A stretch of 64,000 bases of DNA from Geopsychrobacteraceae bacterium (GCA_963662315.1 OY759353.1:1024001-1088000), one strand, 5' to 3'. Numbered from the stretch's first letter, positions 10,761-20,605 are shown. Numbers and translations are program-made. The notes: generated by a model from the sequence alone, not told the origin.

Positions 10761-10787
10761 GACTTTGTATTTTCGAATTACAAAGTC
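10761..10787. promoter_or_regulatory. Second copy of the putative ROK operator, upstream of GH2
   Basis: GACTTTGTA-N9-TACAAAGTC, with arms and spacing identical to the 2290-2316 site. A minus-strand TTGACT-17-TTTAAT promoter candidate lies just upstream. Confidence 0.7.
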
Positions 10788-11592
10788 AAGATTAAACTGT
10801 TTTTTGAATTTCAAGTCAATGAAAACTAAAAAATATTTCCAGAAGAACTAGGGTTACAAAAAGGGATCAAGCTTATGGTTGGTATATTATCCTGATTTGG
10901 AAGTCTAAATTCATGCCATGACCACTTCGCATAGAGTATAGGGCCTGATCTCATATTACGAACTGCGATCCAAGGCATTATGATGCTTTTGAAGGTGAGA
11001 AGGATTTCCACCTTTTTATCGCCATTAATAAAAACCACCGTCAGCACAGCTATTTCTAGATTTGAGTCTATGATGGAGAGGAACGTTACTGTCCAGGAAA
11101 TGTATGTCCGCATGTGTCGAAAGATAATGAGTAGATGCCAGCAAAACCGAGAGCGTCACCAGAACTATTTTTAAAACCCGCCGCGATGTTTGCAAAAAAC
11201 AGACTTCTGATCTGTTGTCAAGCATGTTCCGTCCCTACCACTTATACATGCTGGCACATCGCGATCAACTCATCGACAATGCCTTCATTCGCAATAGTAA
11301 GATGCACGAAGGATGCTTCGTTTTCGTGTTACAGAAAAATTTTCAATTAACATTTGAGCCGGTGTGATTCCTGACATTCAGCTTTTTCAAAAAGCGCTGA
11401 TGTGGCTCAGCGAACATTGATTTACTCTTGGCAAGCATCAAACAACTCGCAAGAATGCGAGTTGTTTGATGTTGTATTAGAAAAGAAACTAAAACCGTGC
11501 GTAGTGAGGTCGAAATTCTTGCTTGCTGGCCTTGACCCCACTTGTGCTTCATTCAATCTTTATGTGCTGCATCAGAAGGATGCTCGGTACTC

Positions 11593-12936
11593 TCAAGCTT
11601 CCAGAAGCGGCTGAGACCCTGATTGTGAGGATCCGCTGTTGTTATCTGAGGAGTCCAATAACCCTTCAATTGCCCGGATTGATTCCAGCTCCTTCTGAAG
11701 TTCCTGCGCAAGACTTGAAAGCTCAGAAGATGCCGCAGAGGTTTCTTCCGAAGACGCAGCGGACGATTGAACAACTTTATCAATCTGCGACATCCCTTCA
11801 TTGATCTGACGCAAGCCCTGAGTTTGCTGAACGGAACCTTGATCAATGGCATTGGCAACATTGACAATCTGATGGATCTTATCAACTATTCCGTTCAAAG
11901 AGTCCGCACAGCTTTTTGCAATGGTGCCCCCAGATTTCACATTTGCCATTGATTCTTCGATGATCGTCGAGGTTTCTTTTGCCGCCGTGGCACTGCGACC
12001 GGCAAGATTTCTGACCTCTTCCGCAACAACTGCAAAACCTTTTCCGTGCTGTCCCGCACGTGCGGCTTCCACTGCAGCATTCAGAGCCAACAGATTAGTC
12101 TGGAAAGCAATTTCATCGATAACCTTGATAATTTTATTGATCGCTTCACTCGATTTATTGATTTCGCTCATGGCAGAGACCATCTGTTCCATTTGATTTG
12201 ATGCGTCGCTTGCGGCATTTTCAGCTTCAGCGGCAAGATTTTTGGCTTCAGCGGCTTGCTGAGCATTTTGATTGGCCTGTGACAGAATTTCTGAAGTAGA
12301 GCTGCCTATTTCTTCCATTGATGCAGCCTGTTCTGTTGACCCTGCTGCAAGGGATACACTCGACTCGTTAAGTTGGACTGAACCGCGCGTTACCTGCTCG
12401 CTGATTCTTTGAACTTCGTGATAGATATTTTTTAGAGCAACCTTTTCCGAAATTTCCGTTACGATCTCGACGTGACCGATTTTTTCCCCTTTTAAGCCGT
12501 GGATATATTTCGTATCAACCCTGAAATTTTTGCCCCATTGTGCGAAAAAGGTCTGGGGTCTGTTTTCACGCAAAGAATGAACACCGCAGTTTTTTGTATT
12601 ACATATTTCTGCACCCCAGTTTGAACAGTGTTTTCCTAGAACATCCTTTCGCTCTACACCGAGGGGATCGGTTGCCGCCTTATTGACAAAAGTCCACTGC
12701 ATGTCAAGATCGGTAACGGACATGGGATTGGGAAACGAGTCTATGATCTGTTCATAAAAATTATAGCGTTCCCGAATGCTTTGGTTGATGGCCAAAAGAA
12801 GGGGTATAAGAGCAATAGTAGTGATTAAGCACGTGATAGAAATCACCCTTGTATTTAGCCCGCTGACAATCAAGAGGGCCAGGACCAATTGAATGAGTAT
12901 AAGAGCCGATACAACATATTTATACCATTTTGACAT
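11593..12936 (-). CDS. Methyl-accepting chemotaxis protein with two N-terminal TM helices and a PAS domain
   Basis: [34 protein letters not shown] signalling hairpin; PAS-like [13 protein letters not shown]...FVNKAA. Confidence 0.93.
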   Translation of the reverse strand: MSKWYKYVVSALILIQLVLALLIVSGLNTRVISITCLITTIALIPLLLAINQSIRERYNFYEQIIDSFPNPMSVTDLDMQWTFVNKAATDPLGVERKDVLGKHCSNWGAEICNTKNCGVHSLRENRPQTFFAQWGKNFRVDTKYIHGLKGEKIGHVEIVTEISEKVALKNIYHEVQRISEQVTRGSVQLNESSVSLAAGSTEQAASMEEIGSSTSEILSQANQNAQQAAEAKNLAAEAENAASDASNQMEQMVSAMSEINKSSEAINKIIKVIDEIAFQTNLLALNAAVEAARAGQHGKGFAVVAEEVRNLAGRSATAAKETSTIIEESMANVKSGGTIAKSCADSLNGIVDKIHQIVNVANAIDQGSVQQTQGLRQINEGMSQIDKVVQSSAASSEETSAASSELSSLAQELQKELESIRAIEGLLDSSDNNSGSSQSGSQPLLEA

Positions 12937-13305
12937 AGACGATTCCTTCTAAAATAAAGAGTATGTTCGGTTTATAGTTTAACGTCTCCTCCTCAGAACG
13001 GGTGGGTGAAGTCCTGAGAAAATGAGATCATTGCGGTCCCTAGCGAGGAGTAAGATGAGTTTGCGGGAACACCAAACCCGTTAAAAATTAGACGGTGTTA
13101 ATGTTAACTTTACCGAACAAAAAGAAACTATTCAAGTGTTTTTTTATAACGCATATCCGTATCATGCTGACGAACGGTTTGGTAGCTCTGGTCATTGATA
13201 TTAAAGCTCGTCGCAACAGTCACTGGGAAATACCTTTCTGAGAGAGTTTTTTCTACATACTCGTTAAATAAACGAAAGGAAATATTCATGTTTGACCATT
13301 TAAGT

Positions 13306-14265
13306 ACGCATTGCACCGTCGGCCGGCTGGTCAGATGCTGGCTGTTCCCTTGGAGAAGCGAAGCCCGAGTACGGGTTCTTTAAAAAAGGGCGTTTTGTGC
13401 TTACTATTTGTCGCCCGCCTGGGACAAATAGTAAGGCGTCGTGCGGGGCGCAACACCGCGACCTTGCTTGTTTCATTTAAGGCATAAAAGATAAAACCGG
13501 CGGGTCCCGGCCCGGCAGCCGGATTCATTTTTTCCAGCGATGAAAAAACGAATCAAAAAAATCTTTTAAAGTCAAACACACTGACGATAATAGATTCGGT
13601 CTACGTTTTATTGTTGCTACCAGCAGTTAACAGACCGCCCAACGATGCTGTTGCATCCATGGGCAGAACCGAATTGGTGTGAACACATAAAATTACGGTT
13701 CTGGCCATCAGGCGCGCATTGCGCCGTCGGCCGGCGGGTTAGATGCTGGATGTTTTCTTGGAGAACCGACGCCCGAGTACGGACCCTTTAAAGAAGGGCG
13801 TTTTGTGCTTACTATTTGTCGCCCACCTGGGACAAATAGTAAGGCGTCGTGCGGGACGCAACACCGCGATCTTGCTTGTTTCATTTCAATCATAAAAGAC
13901 AACACACCGGGTCCCGGCCCGGCAGCCGTTACCAGATGCCGCGCCGGAACAAAAGAAACCGACAAGCGAGACAGGTCTCCCCGGATAAAAACGTAATCTG
14001 TCACTGCTTGGGCCGCAGTATTTACCAAAGTATCCTGAATCCGTGGGACTTCGTCATGGTGTGCTGACTTGCCCGGATACCCGGCCTTATATACTGTTTC
14101 TGTTCGTCGGCTCACAGCTTTTCACTCGGGCTTCCTCCAGACCTCTCCTCACGGAGACGCCCTTGCCGTCGGCTAGTACTTTAATGACATCACATAGTTG
14201 TGATGCTAGGATTCTACGTACAGGGGACTTACGCCCCCATAAGATCACGCCCATGCCGGGCGTAC
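13306..14265 (-). mobile_element. Chimeric group IIC intron derivative, copy 1 (5' intron part plus hairpin repeats; 3' end missing)
   Basis: Minus strand reads TTTGT|GTACGCCCGGCATGGGCG at 14265. About 300 nt of intron 5' sequence (~13965-14265) is near-identical to copy 2, followed by repeat units. Confidence 0.8.
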
Positions 14266-14369
14266 ACAAAGTCGTTCAAGCAGACTCTGGTAGCGGCAGT
14301 CGAAGCCAGAAAACCATTGGCTACAAGCCAACGCAGCATACCGACGCTGCTTAACTCCACCCGTTATAC
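14266..14369 (+). other. Integron attC site (right part, split from R'' by the intron)
   Basis: L'' GTTCAAGC, L' GCTTAAC, R' GTTATAC (14363-14369). Confidence 0.85.
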
Positions 14370-14377
14370 CTAAGAAA

Positions 14378-14986
14378 ATGACTGAATCAGAAAAATTATT
14401 CGAAGAAATATTTAGTGAAAAAGAAATCTACTTTAGGAGAGTTCCAACGTCATCACCACGTACCCCTGATTATCAGGTAATTGTGAATGATTCTTACTCC
14501 TACTGGGAAGTGAAAGAACTGGAAAAGAATGATGATGAAGCAAAAATTTTGAATCAGCAAAAACCTGAAATTTATAGCGTAGATTCAACTCGTGTCGAAA
14601 ATAGCATCAAGAGTGCATGTGGCCAATTCAAGGACTACAAAGTAACCAATTACCCTTGCGTTGTTGTGCTATACGATTCACGAGAATTTGAGATAATGGA
14701 TGTCCTTTTTCATCAATTCGTCCAGACCGCAATGCTTGGCAAAGCTGAATATATGCATCAAAAGGATGGGTCTCTTGTTGAAATTAAACGTAACCACGGT
14801 CTGCTTACAAAGCGGAAACGGTACATTAGCGCTGTAGCAGTAATGCACCAAAAAACAAGAAAAATGGTCTTTTATCACAATCCAAATGCAAACATTCCTC
14901 TTGTGTCATCCGACTTGTTGAAAAAGTTTGAGGACCAGTTTCAAGCCGTATTTAAAGAAAAAAGGCTGGAGTGGATAAGGGTATAA
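14378..14986 (+). CDS. Gene cassette: hypothetical protein with a PD-(D/E)xK nuclease-like motif
   Basis: AT-rich. RTPDY...WEVKEL motif. Begins just after R' GTTATAC and ends in the complementary R'' GTATAA. Confidence 0.7.
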   Translation: MTESEKLFEEIFSEKEIYFRRVPTSSPRTPDYQVIVNDSYSYWEVKELEKNDDEAKILNQQKPEIYSVDSTRVENSIKSACGQFKDYKVTNYPCVVVLYDSREFEIMDVLFHQFVQTAMLGKAEYMHQKDGSLVEIKRNHGLLTKRKRYISAVAVMHQKTRKMVFYHNPNANIPLVSSDLLKKFEDQFQAVFKEKRLEWIRV

Positions 14987-16429
14987 TCGGGTAGCCGGGG
15001 GTTTTGCTCCCCCAGCCCCCACACCACCCGGCATGCGGGTCGCTACCCAAGCGCTTCGATGAAATTACCGGGCCGTAGCCGGGTAATGTCGCTTCACCCA
15101 CAGGTCTTTGACAGAAACTAAACCTTGATCCTTCAGCCACTGGTTAGTCATGCCGGAATGAGCCGCCAATCTGCGGGACATGGCCCACGGTCCGTTGCGG
15201 TTCGGACCGGCCCGAATGGCGGTAAAACGTTCGGTTCCAAGAGCTAGCAGCTTCCGAACCTTGGTCCGGCACCAGCGCCATTGTTTCCAGTAGCACAGCC
15301 GCACTCGCCGACGAATCCAGCCATCGACCTCCGGGTAACCCTCGGCGATGCCGAAGTACCCCATCCAGCCCCGGATATAGGTGGACAGCTTGGCGAGACG
15401 ATAGTCCATGGTAACAAACAAGCTGCGTCTGTTTTGCGGTTCTGGCCATTAGGCGCGCATTGCGCCGTAGGCCGGCCGGTTAGATGCTGGATGTTCCTTT
15501 GGAGAGACGAAGCCCGAGTACGGACCCTTTAAAAAAGGGCGTTTTGTGCTTACTATTTGTCGCCCGCTTGGGACAAATAGTAAGGCGTCGTGCGGGGCGC
15601 AACACCGCGACCTTGTTGGTTTCATTTCAATCATAAAAGACGAAACCGGCGGGTCCCGGCCCGCCAGCCGGATTCATTTTTTCCAGCGATGAAAAAACGA
15701 ATCAAAAAAATCTTTGAAGGTCAAACACACTGACGAGAATAGATTCGGTCTACGTTTTATTGTTGCTACCAGCAGTTAACAGACCGCCCAACGATGCTAT
15801 CGCATCTACGGGCAGAATCGAATTGAAGTGAATACAGGAAAATGCCAACGGCATTTTTGCGGTTCTGGCCATCAGGCGCGCATTGCGCCGTAGGCCGGCC
15901 GGTTAGATGCTGGATGTTCCTTTGGAGAGACAAAGCCCGAGTACGGACCCTTTAAAGAAGGGCGCTTTGTGCTTACTATTTGTCGCCCGCCTGGGACAAA
16001 TAGTAAGGCGTCGTGCGGGACGCAACACCGCGATCTTGCTTGTTTCATTTCAATCATAAAAGACAACACCACCGGGTCCCGGCCCGGCAGCCGTTACCAG
16101 ATGCCGCGCCGGAACAAAAGAAACCGACAAGCGAGACAGGTCTCCCCGGATAAGAACGTAATCTGTCACTGCTTGGGCCGCAGTATTTACCAAAGTATCC
16201 TGAATCCGTGGGACTTCGTCATGGTGTGCTGACTTGCCCGGATACCCGGACTTATATACTGTTTCTGTTCGTCGGCTCACAGCTTTTCACTCGGGCTTCC
16301 TCCAGACCTCTCCTCACGGAGACGCCCTTGCCGTCGGCTAGTACTTTAATGACATCACACACGTGTGATGCTAGGATTCTACGTATAGGGGACTTTCACC
16401 CCATAAGATCACGCCCGTGCCGGGCGTAC
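14986..16429 (-). mobile_element. Chimeric group IIC-attC intron derivative, copy 2 (both ends present, 1444 bp)
   Basis: 5' end GTACGCCCGGCACGGGCG at 16429. 3' end is D5/D6-like ...GACCCGCATGCCGGGTGGTGTGGGGGCTGGGGGAGCAAAACCCCCGGCTACCCGAT at 14986. Keeps only the maturase C-terminus; the centre is replaced by repeats. Confidence 0.88.
15065..15415 (-). pseudogene. C-terminal (domain X/thumb) remnant of a group II intron reverse transcriptase/maturase
   Basis: YIRGWMGYF...DGWIRRRVRLCYWKQWR...GPWAMSR...NQWLKDQGLVS. RT palm and YADD are absent. Has a 9-bp in-frame deletion relative to copy 3. Confidence 0.9.
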
Positions 16430-16498
16430 ACACAAGCGCATGTTGTCGGACTGGTTTTCCGCTGCGCTCCAAACCAGCCGCAAATGCGGGCGTTATAA
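16430..16498 (+). other. Integron attC site (right part)
   Basis: L'' GCATGTTG / L' CAAATGC, inner stem CTGGTTT...AAACCAG, R' GTTATAA at 16492-16498. Confidence 0.88.
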
Positions 16499-16513
16499 CT
16501 TTATGGAGAGAAT

Positions 16514-17323
16514 GTGACCGACTGGATATTCAGGGGCAATAGAGAAGACTTTGATATAGATACATATCTTAATGACTTCGCCTATATCTACTGGGCTGTT
16601 AAGCAACCAAAGCATCAAGCTGAAATGCAAGTTGGTGATAGGGTTTTCATATGGCGCTCTAAAGGTAAATCTAAAGATCCATATGGGCTAGTTGCGTACG
16701 GAAAAATAGCTGAAGCTCCAATAGATAAGAACAAAGTACTTTATCCTAAATTCTTACTTGAAGGTTACTGGGAGAAAAGAGAAGTTTCTGAGATAAAGGT
16801 CGGAGTAAAGCTTGAGGAAACTCGGCTTGATCTTAAGAGCGGGTTGGTCGAGTCGAGCCTGCTGCTCAGAGATGCTGATCTATCAAAAATGCAGTTACTA
16901 ACTGCAAGGCAAGGTACGAACTTCAAGTTAGCAGCAAGCGAATTTAGCAAAATTTGGGCGTTGTGGTGCAGCGAAACACTAGACTTTGAAGATGATGAGT
17001 ATGAAACAGATGAAAGTAAAATGCGTCTTAGGATTCACAAGGTAAGGGAGCGAGATAATCAGTTAGTAAAAAAAGCAAAAGAGAGATTCGTTAAGGATAA
17101 TGGATCTTTATTTTGCGAGGTATGCGGGTATGATTTTCTGCCCAAGTATGGTTTTAGTTATGCAGAAGCACACCATAAAAAACCATTGAATGAAATAAAG
17201 GCTGGAGAAAAAACTAAGGAATCTGACCTTGCTATCGTATGTGCAAACTGTCACCGAGCAGTGCATCGTATAGAGACAGAAGACCCATGGAATGAACTTT
17301 TGAGTATTCATGGCAAGTTATAA
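16514..17323 (+). CDS. Gene cassette: EVE (PUA-like) domain plus HNH endonuclease
   Basis: N-terminal WIFRGN...YWAV...MQVGDRVFIW; C-terminal CEVC...EAHH...CANCHRAVH. Bounded by R' GTTATAAC and R'' GTTATAA. Confidence 0.85.
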   Translation: MTDWIFRGNREDFDIDTYLNDFAYIYWAVKQPKHQAEMQVGDRVFIWRSKGKSKDPYGLVAYGKIAEAPIDKNKVLYPKFLLEGYWEKREVSEIKVGVKLEETRLDLKSGLVESSLLLRDADLSKMQLLTARQGTNFKLAASEFSKIWALWCSETLDFEDDEYETDESKMRLRIHKVRERDNQLVKKAKERFVKDNGSLFCEVCGYDFLPKYGFSYAEAHHKKPLNEIKAGEKTKESDLAIVCANCHRAVHRIETEDPWNELLSIHGKL

Positions 17324-18556
17324 TCGGATAGCCGGGGGTTTTGCTCCCCCAGCCCCCACACCACCCGGCATGCGGGTCGCTACCCAAGCGCTTCGATGAA
17401 ACTACCGGGCCGTAGCCGGGTCATGTCGCTTCACCCACAGGTCTTTGACAGAAACTAAACCCTGATCCTTCAGCCATTGGTTGGTCAAGCCGGAATGTGC
17501 CGCCAGTCTGCGGGACATGGCCCATGGACCGTTGCGGTTCAGACCGGCCCGAATGGCGGTAAACCGTTCGGTTCCAAGAGCTAGCAGCTTCCGAACCTTG
17601 GTCCAGCACCAGCGCCATTGTTTCCAGTAGCACAGCCGCACTCGCCGACGAATCCAGCCGTCGACCTCCGGGATATCGTGGTAACCCTCGGCGATGCCGA
17701 AGTACCCCATCCAGCTCCGGATATAGGTGGACAGCTTGGCGAGACGATAGTCCATGGTAACAAACAAGCTGCGTCTGTTTTGCGGTTCTGGCCATCAGGC
17801 GCGCATTGCGCCGTCGGCCGGCTGGTCAGATGCTGGATGTTCCTTTGGAGAGACAAAGCCCGAATCCGGACCCTTTAAAAAAGGGCGTTTTGTGCTTACT
17901 ATTTGTCGCCCGCCTGGGACAAATAGTAAGGCGTCGTGCGGGACGCAATCCCGCGACCTTGCTGTTTTATTTTAATCATAAAAGATAAAACCGGCGGGTC
18001 CCGGCCCGCCAGCCGGATTCATTTTTTCCAGCGATGAAAAAACGAATCAAAAAAATCTTTGAAGGTCAAACACACTGACGAGAATAGATTCGATCAACGT
18101 TTCATCGTTGCTACCAGTAGTTAACAAACCGCCCAACGATGCTGTCGCATCCATGGGCAGAACCGAATTGGTGTGAACACATAAAATTGCGGTTCTGGCC
18201 ATTAGGCGCGCATTGCGCCGTCGGCCGGCTGGTTAGATGCTGGAGGTTCCTTTGGAGAGACGAAGCCCGAGTACGGACCCTTTAAAGAAGGGCGTTTTGT
18301 GCTTATTATTTGTCGCCCGCTTGGGACAAATAGTAAGGCGTCGTGCGGGGCGCAATACCGCGACCTTGCTTGTTTTATTTATATACTGTTTCTGTTCGTC
18401 GGCTCACAGCTTTGCACTCGGGCTTCCTCCAGACTTCTCCTCACGGAGACGCCCTTGCCGTCGGCTAGTACTTTAATGACATCACATAGTTGTGATGCTA
18501 GGATTCTACGTACAGGAGACTTACACCCCATAAGATCACGCCCATGCCGGGCGTAC
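17323..18556 (-). mobile_element. Chimeric group IIC-attC intron derivative, copy 3 (both ends present, 1234 bp)
   Basis: Same termini as copy 2 and the same RT/repeat junction. Only ~180 nt of intron 5' sequence is kept (~18379-18556). Confidence 0.88.
17402..17762 (-). pseudogene. C-terminal remnant of a group II intron RT/maturase
   Basis: Near-identical to 15065-15415 (YIRSWMGYF...WIRRRVRLCYWKQWR). Confidence 0.9.
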
Positions 18557-18614
18557 ACAAATCATTTCACTGGATTTCGCAAACAGCGCGAAACCAGTGA
18601 ATTCCACGTTAGGC
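18557..18614 (+). other. Integron attC site (right part, short type)
   Basis: ATTTCACTGG-TTTCGC...GCGAAA-CCAGTGAAT imperfect palindrome; R' GTTAGGC at 18608-18614. Confidence 0.88.
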
Positions 18615-18629
18615 GTAAAAAGAATCAAT

Positions 18630-19052
18630 ATGAGCCCTAATTCCAAATTTCAAAATAAAGAAATTATTGAAAATGGTAACATTACCTCAGTAATGAATAA
18701 CACGAGGTGGAATTCACTTTTTTCTGACCTTTCAAACGTAACAGAAATGATTACCTACAAAGTACGTTACGTCGACGGTTCAACATGGCCGGAAGAGTTT
18801 TCAGGACATGAATACACGTCGGAAATTGAACAAATTTGGGGCAACTTTATAGCCTTCGAATGGGTAGACATAAAAACAAAAATTGAAAAACCAAAAGGTG
18901 CTCTACTCCCCCCTGAAATATTAGATGTAACAGAAAAAATAATTGAAATTTGCCTTCGAAATAAATGCAAAATATCCGTTCACGAAAAAGGGGTTATTGT
19001 ATGGGGGTATTCTCACCAGGGGCAAATACCGGCGTCACAAAAAAACGCCTAA
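18630..19052 (+). CDS. Gene cassette: hypothetical protein (DUF6678-like)
   Basis: MNNTRW...FEWVDI...VWGY pattern. Stop lies within R'' GCCTAAC (19047-19053), complementary to the upstream R' GTTAGGC. ATG 18630 chosen because 18597 lies inside attC. Confidence 0.7.
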   Translation: MSPNSKFQNKEIIENGNITSVMNNTRWNSLFSDLSNVTEMITYKVRYVDGSTWPEEFSGHEYTSEIEQIWGNFIAFEWVDIKTKIEKPKGALLPPEILDVTEKIIEICLRNKCKISVHEKGVIVWGYSHQGQIPASQKNA

Positions 19053-19053
19053 C

Positions 19054-19639
19054 ACTTATCAGGCCCCCGGCCGTCAAGGGTAAAGAATAGCGTTAACGCA
19101 AAAGATTCACCTTTTCGTTCTTTGACAAGCGACTGATCTACTAAACAGCCATCCGGTTTTTGACTTGGGCTTTCACACGGGCTGTAGTGACGATACTGCT
19201 CCCAAACACTTATCGAGGCTCTTTACACGGGGCCCGGACCTTTGGTTGCATCCTATTGCCCTGCCACCTGGAAACACGTACGAACCCTGATGCTGTTCCA
19301 GTCAATAGTAGTGGGCTTTATCTATTGTGCCGATGATCCCAGTTCGTTACGGAATCGGGTCAAGGAGCTTCAGCTGACGACAAGACCATCACGGTAAGGC
19401 TTGATCAGTCGCAAGAAAGATTTTGGTTTGATCGGGATGTTATTATGAACAACAATGTCACCGACTGAATTCAGAATGCAGACATACATGGCATCGGCAT
19501 GCAGATCGATACCACAGTAAAACTGATGCTGTTTCGTGTAAAATCTCATGGTGCAGGCTCCTTTCTTTGAGGGTTAGGTATATTCTCAAAGGATAGCGGA
19601 TGGTCCGCTATCTATGGAGGGGGCCTGCACTAGTATCAA
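19054..19639 (-). mobile_element. Internally deleted IS110/IS1111-type element inserted right after an attC R'' box
   Basis: Subterminal inverted repeats CAGGCCCCC (19060-19068) / GGGGGCCTG (19619-19627), a transposase N-terminal remnant, and ~300 bp of non-coding sequence. Exact ends uncertain by a few bp. Confidence 0.8.
19370..19549 (-). pseudogene. IS110-family transposase N-terminal fragment (59 aa; not in the ORF track)
   Basis: Hand translation MRFYTKQHQFYCGIDLHADAMYVCILNSVGDIVVHNNIPIKPKSFLRLIKPYRDGLVVS*. GIDLH carries the first Asp of the DEDD RuvC-like domain. AGGAG RBS upstream. Confidence 0.85.
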
Positions 19640-19666
19640 CTAACAAAACGAGAGGAACGACCTACT

Positions 19667-20011
19667 TTGAAAAAAACACTACTAGCACTTCTTTTACTCC
19701 TGTGTAGTTGCGTCAATTCAAACATTGGCTATCTATCTTTTATAGCTACAAACGATATGACGCTTGAAGATTTTTCCAATTATCAAAAAACGGACATAGA
19801 AGTCACTGGAATTGATAAAGAACACATTTTCATTTTCTTTCCTACCGGACTTCCGGAATTCGACAAAGTCGTAAATGACGCTATTTCGAAAAATCCTGAA
19901 GCGGTTGCTCTTGCTGATGCTCAGATAAAGTATAAATATTGGTATATCCCGTACGTTTATGGGCAAGAATACTATGAAATTACAGGAAAATTGGTAACCA
20001 AGAAGCACTAA
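19667..20011 (+). CDS. Probable gene cassette: small lipoprotein
   Basis: MKK + hydrophobic stretch + LCSC lipobox; AT-rich; same orientation as the other cassettes. Confidence 0.7.
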   Translation: MKKTLLALLLLLCSCVNSNIGYLSFIATNDMTLEDFSNYQKTDIEVTGIDKEHIFIFFPTGLPEFDKVVNDAISKNPEAVALADAQIKYKYWYIPYVYGQEYYEITGKLVTKKH

Positions 20012-20029
20012 TTTTTCAAACGAGATAAT

Positions 20030-20117
20030 CACCCAAACAGGACTAAGTGATCCGACTTTCGCAAGGAGCCTACTTGACTGTAACCGCGCTTCGTCACCGG
20101 TTCTTTTACCGTTGGGA
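20030..20117 (+). other. Degenerate attC-like site
   Basis: CACCCAAAC ... GTTGGGA immediately before the next ORF; internal pairing is poor. Confidence 0.4.
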
Positions 20118-20513
20118 GCACAAGTGAAGATTAAAAATGTTAAAATCCATAGTATTTACTTAACTGTTATTGTTGCTCTCGTCGTAGCTCTTTTTGTGAC
20201 GAATATCCCAATTTTATTCCGGTGGTACCTTTATCGCGGTGGTATAGCGTATATGGAAATTAAACAGGACGTAGATATATCCAATCCAGAAACAGGCGAT
20301 ATTATTGGTAAACTTTATAGTGGAGCAATCCTCAAAGGACCATCATTTGAAGATTTAGATGATACCGATTTAGGGGATAATGATCGCTGGAAAATCCTAG
20401 TGGATGCAGACATCGTCAAAGGTGAAAATCGAAATTATATCGATTCCCAAAATACAGATAAACTAAAAGCCCCTTTCCGTTACAAATTGAAGGACACTGC
20501 ACAAACGTATTAA
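20112..20513 (+). CDS. Probable gene cassette: hypothetical membrane-anchored protein
   Basis: One TM segment; AT-rich; true start may be GTG at 20124. Confidence 0.6.
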   Translation: MGAQVKIKNVKIHSIYLTVIVALVVALFVTNIPILFRWYLYRGGIAYMEIKQDVDISNPETGDIIGKLYSGAILKGPSFEDLDDTDLGDNDRWKILVDADIVKGENRNYIDSQNTDKLKAPFRYKLKDTAQTY

Positions 20514-20605
20514 CCAGACGGAACGGTGCTAGGCAAATTTCGCAAGAGTTATCTCGTCAATAATAGAAACAGCGTGTCGTCGCTGCTTAACTTTATTCGT
20601 TATGT
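20500..20605 (+). other. attC site with degenerate left half
   Basis: Right half CGCTGCTTAACT-ttattc-GTTATGT resembles that of the attC at 14345-14369. R'' is not clearly recognisable. Confidence 0.6.

Noticed and set aside
10790..11590. Short ORFs or a possible decayed gene between GH2 and the MCP
   Set aside because: No recognisable motifs or RBS; cannot be supported.
12937..13305. Integron integrase or attI at the head of the array
   Set aside because: No tyrosine recombinase ORF or remnant is recognisable; the array begins with a truncated repeat.
15065..17767. Retron, DGR or functional RT system
   Set aside because: Only the maturase C-terminus is present (no YADD). It is followed by group II D5/D6, and I saw no adenine-specific TR/VR pair.
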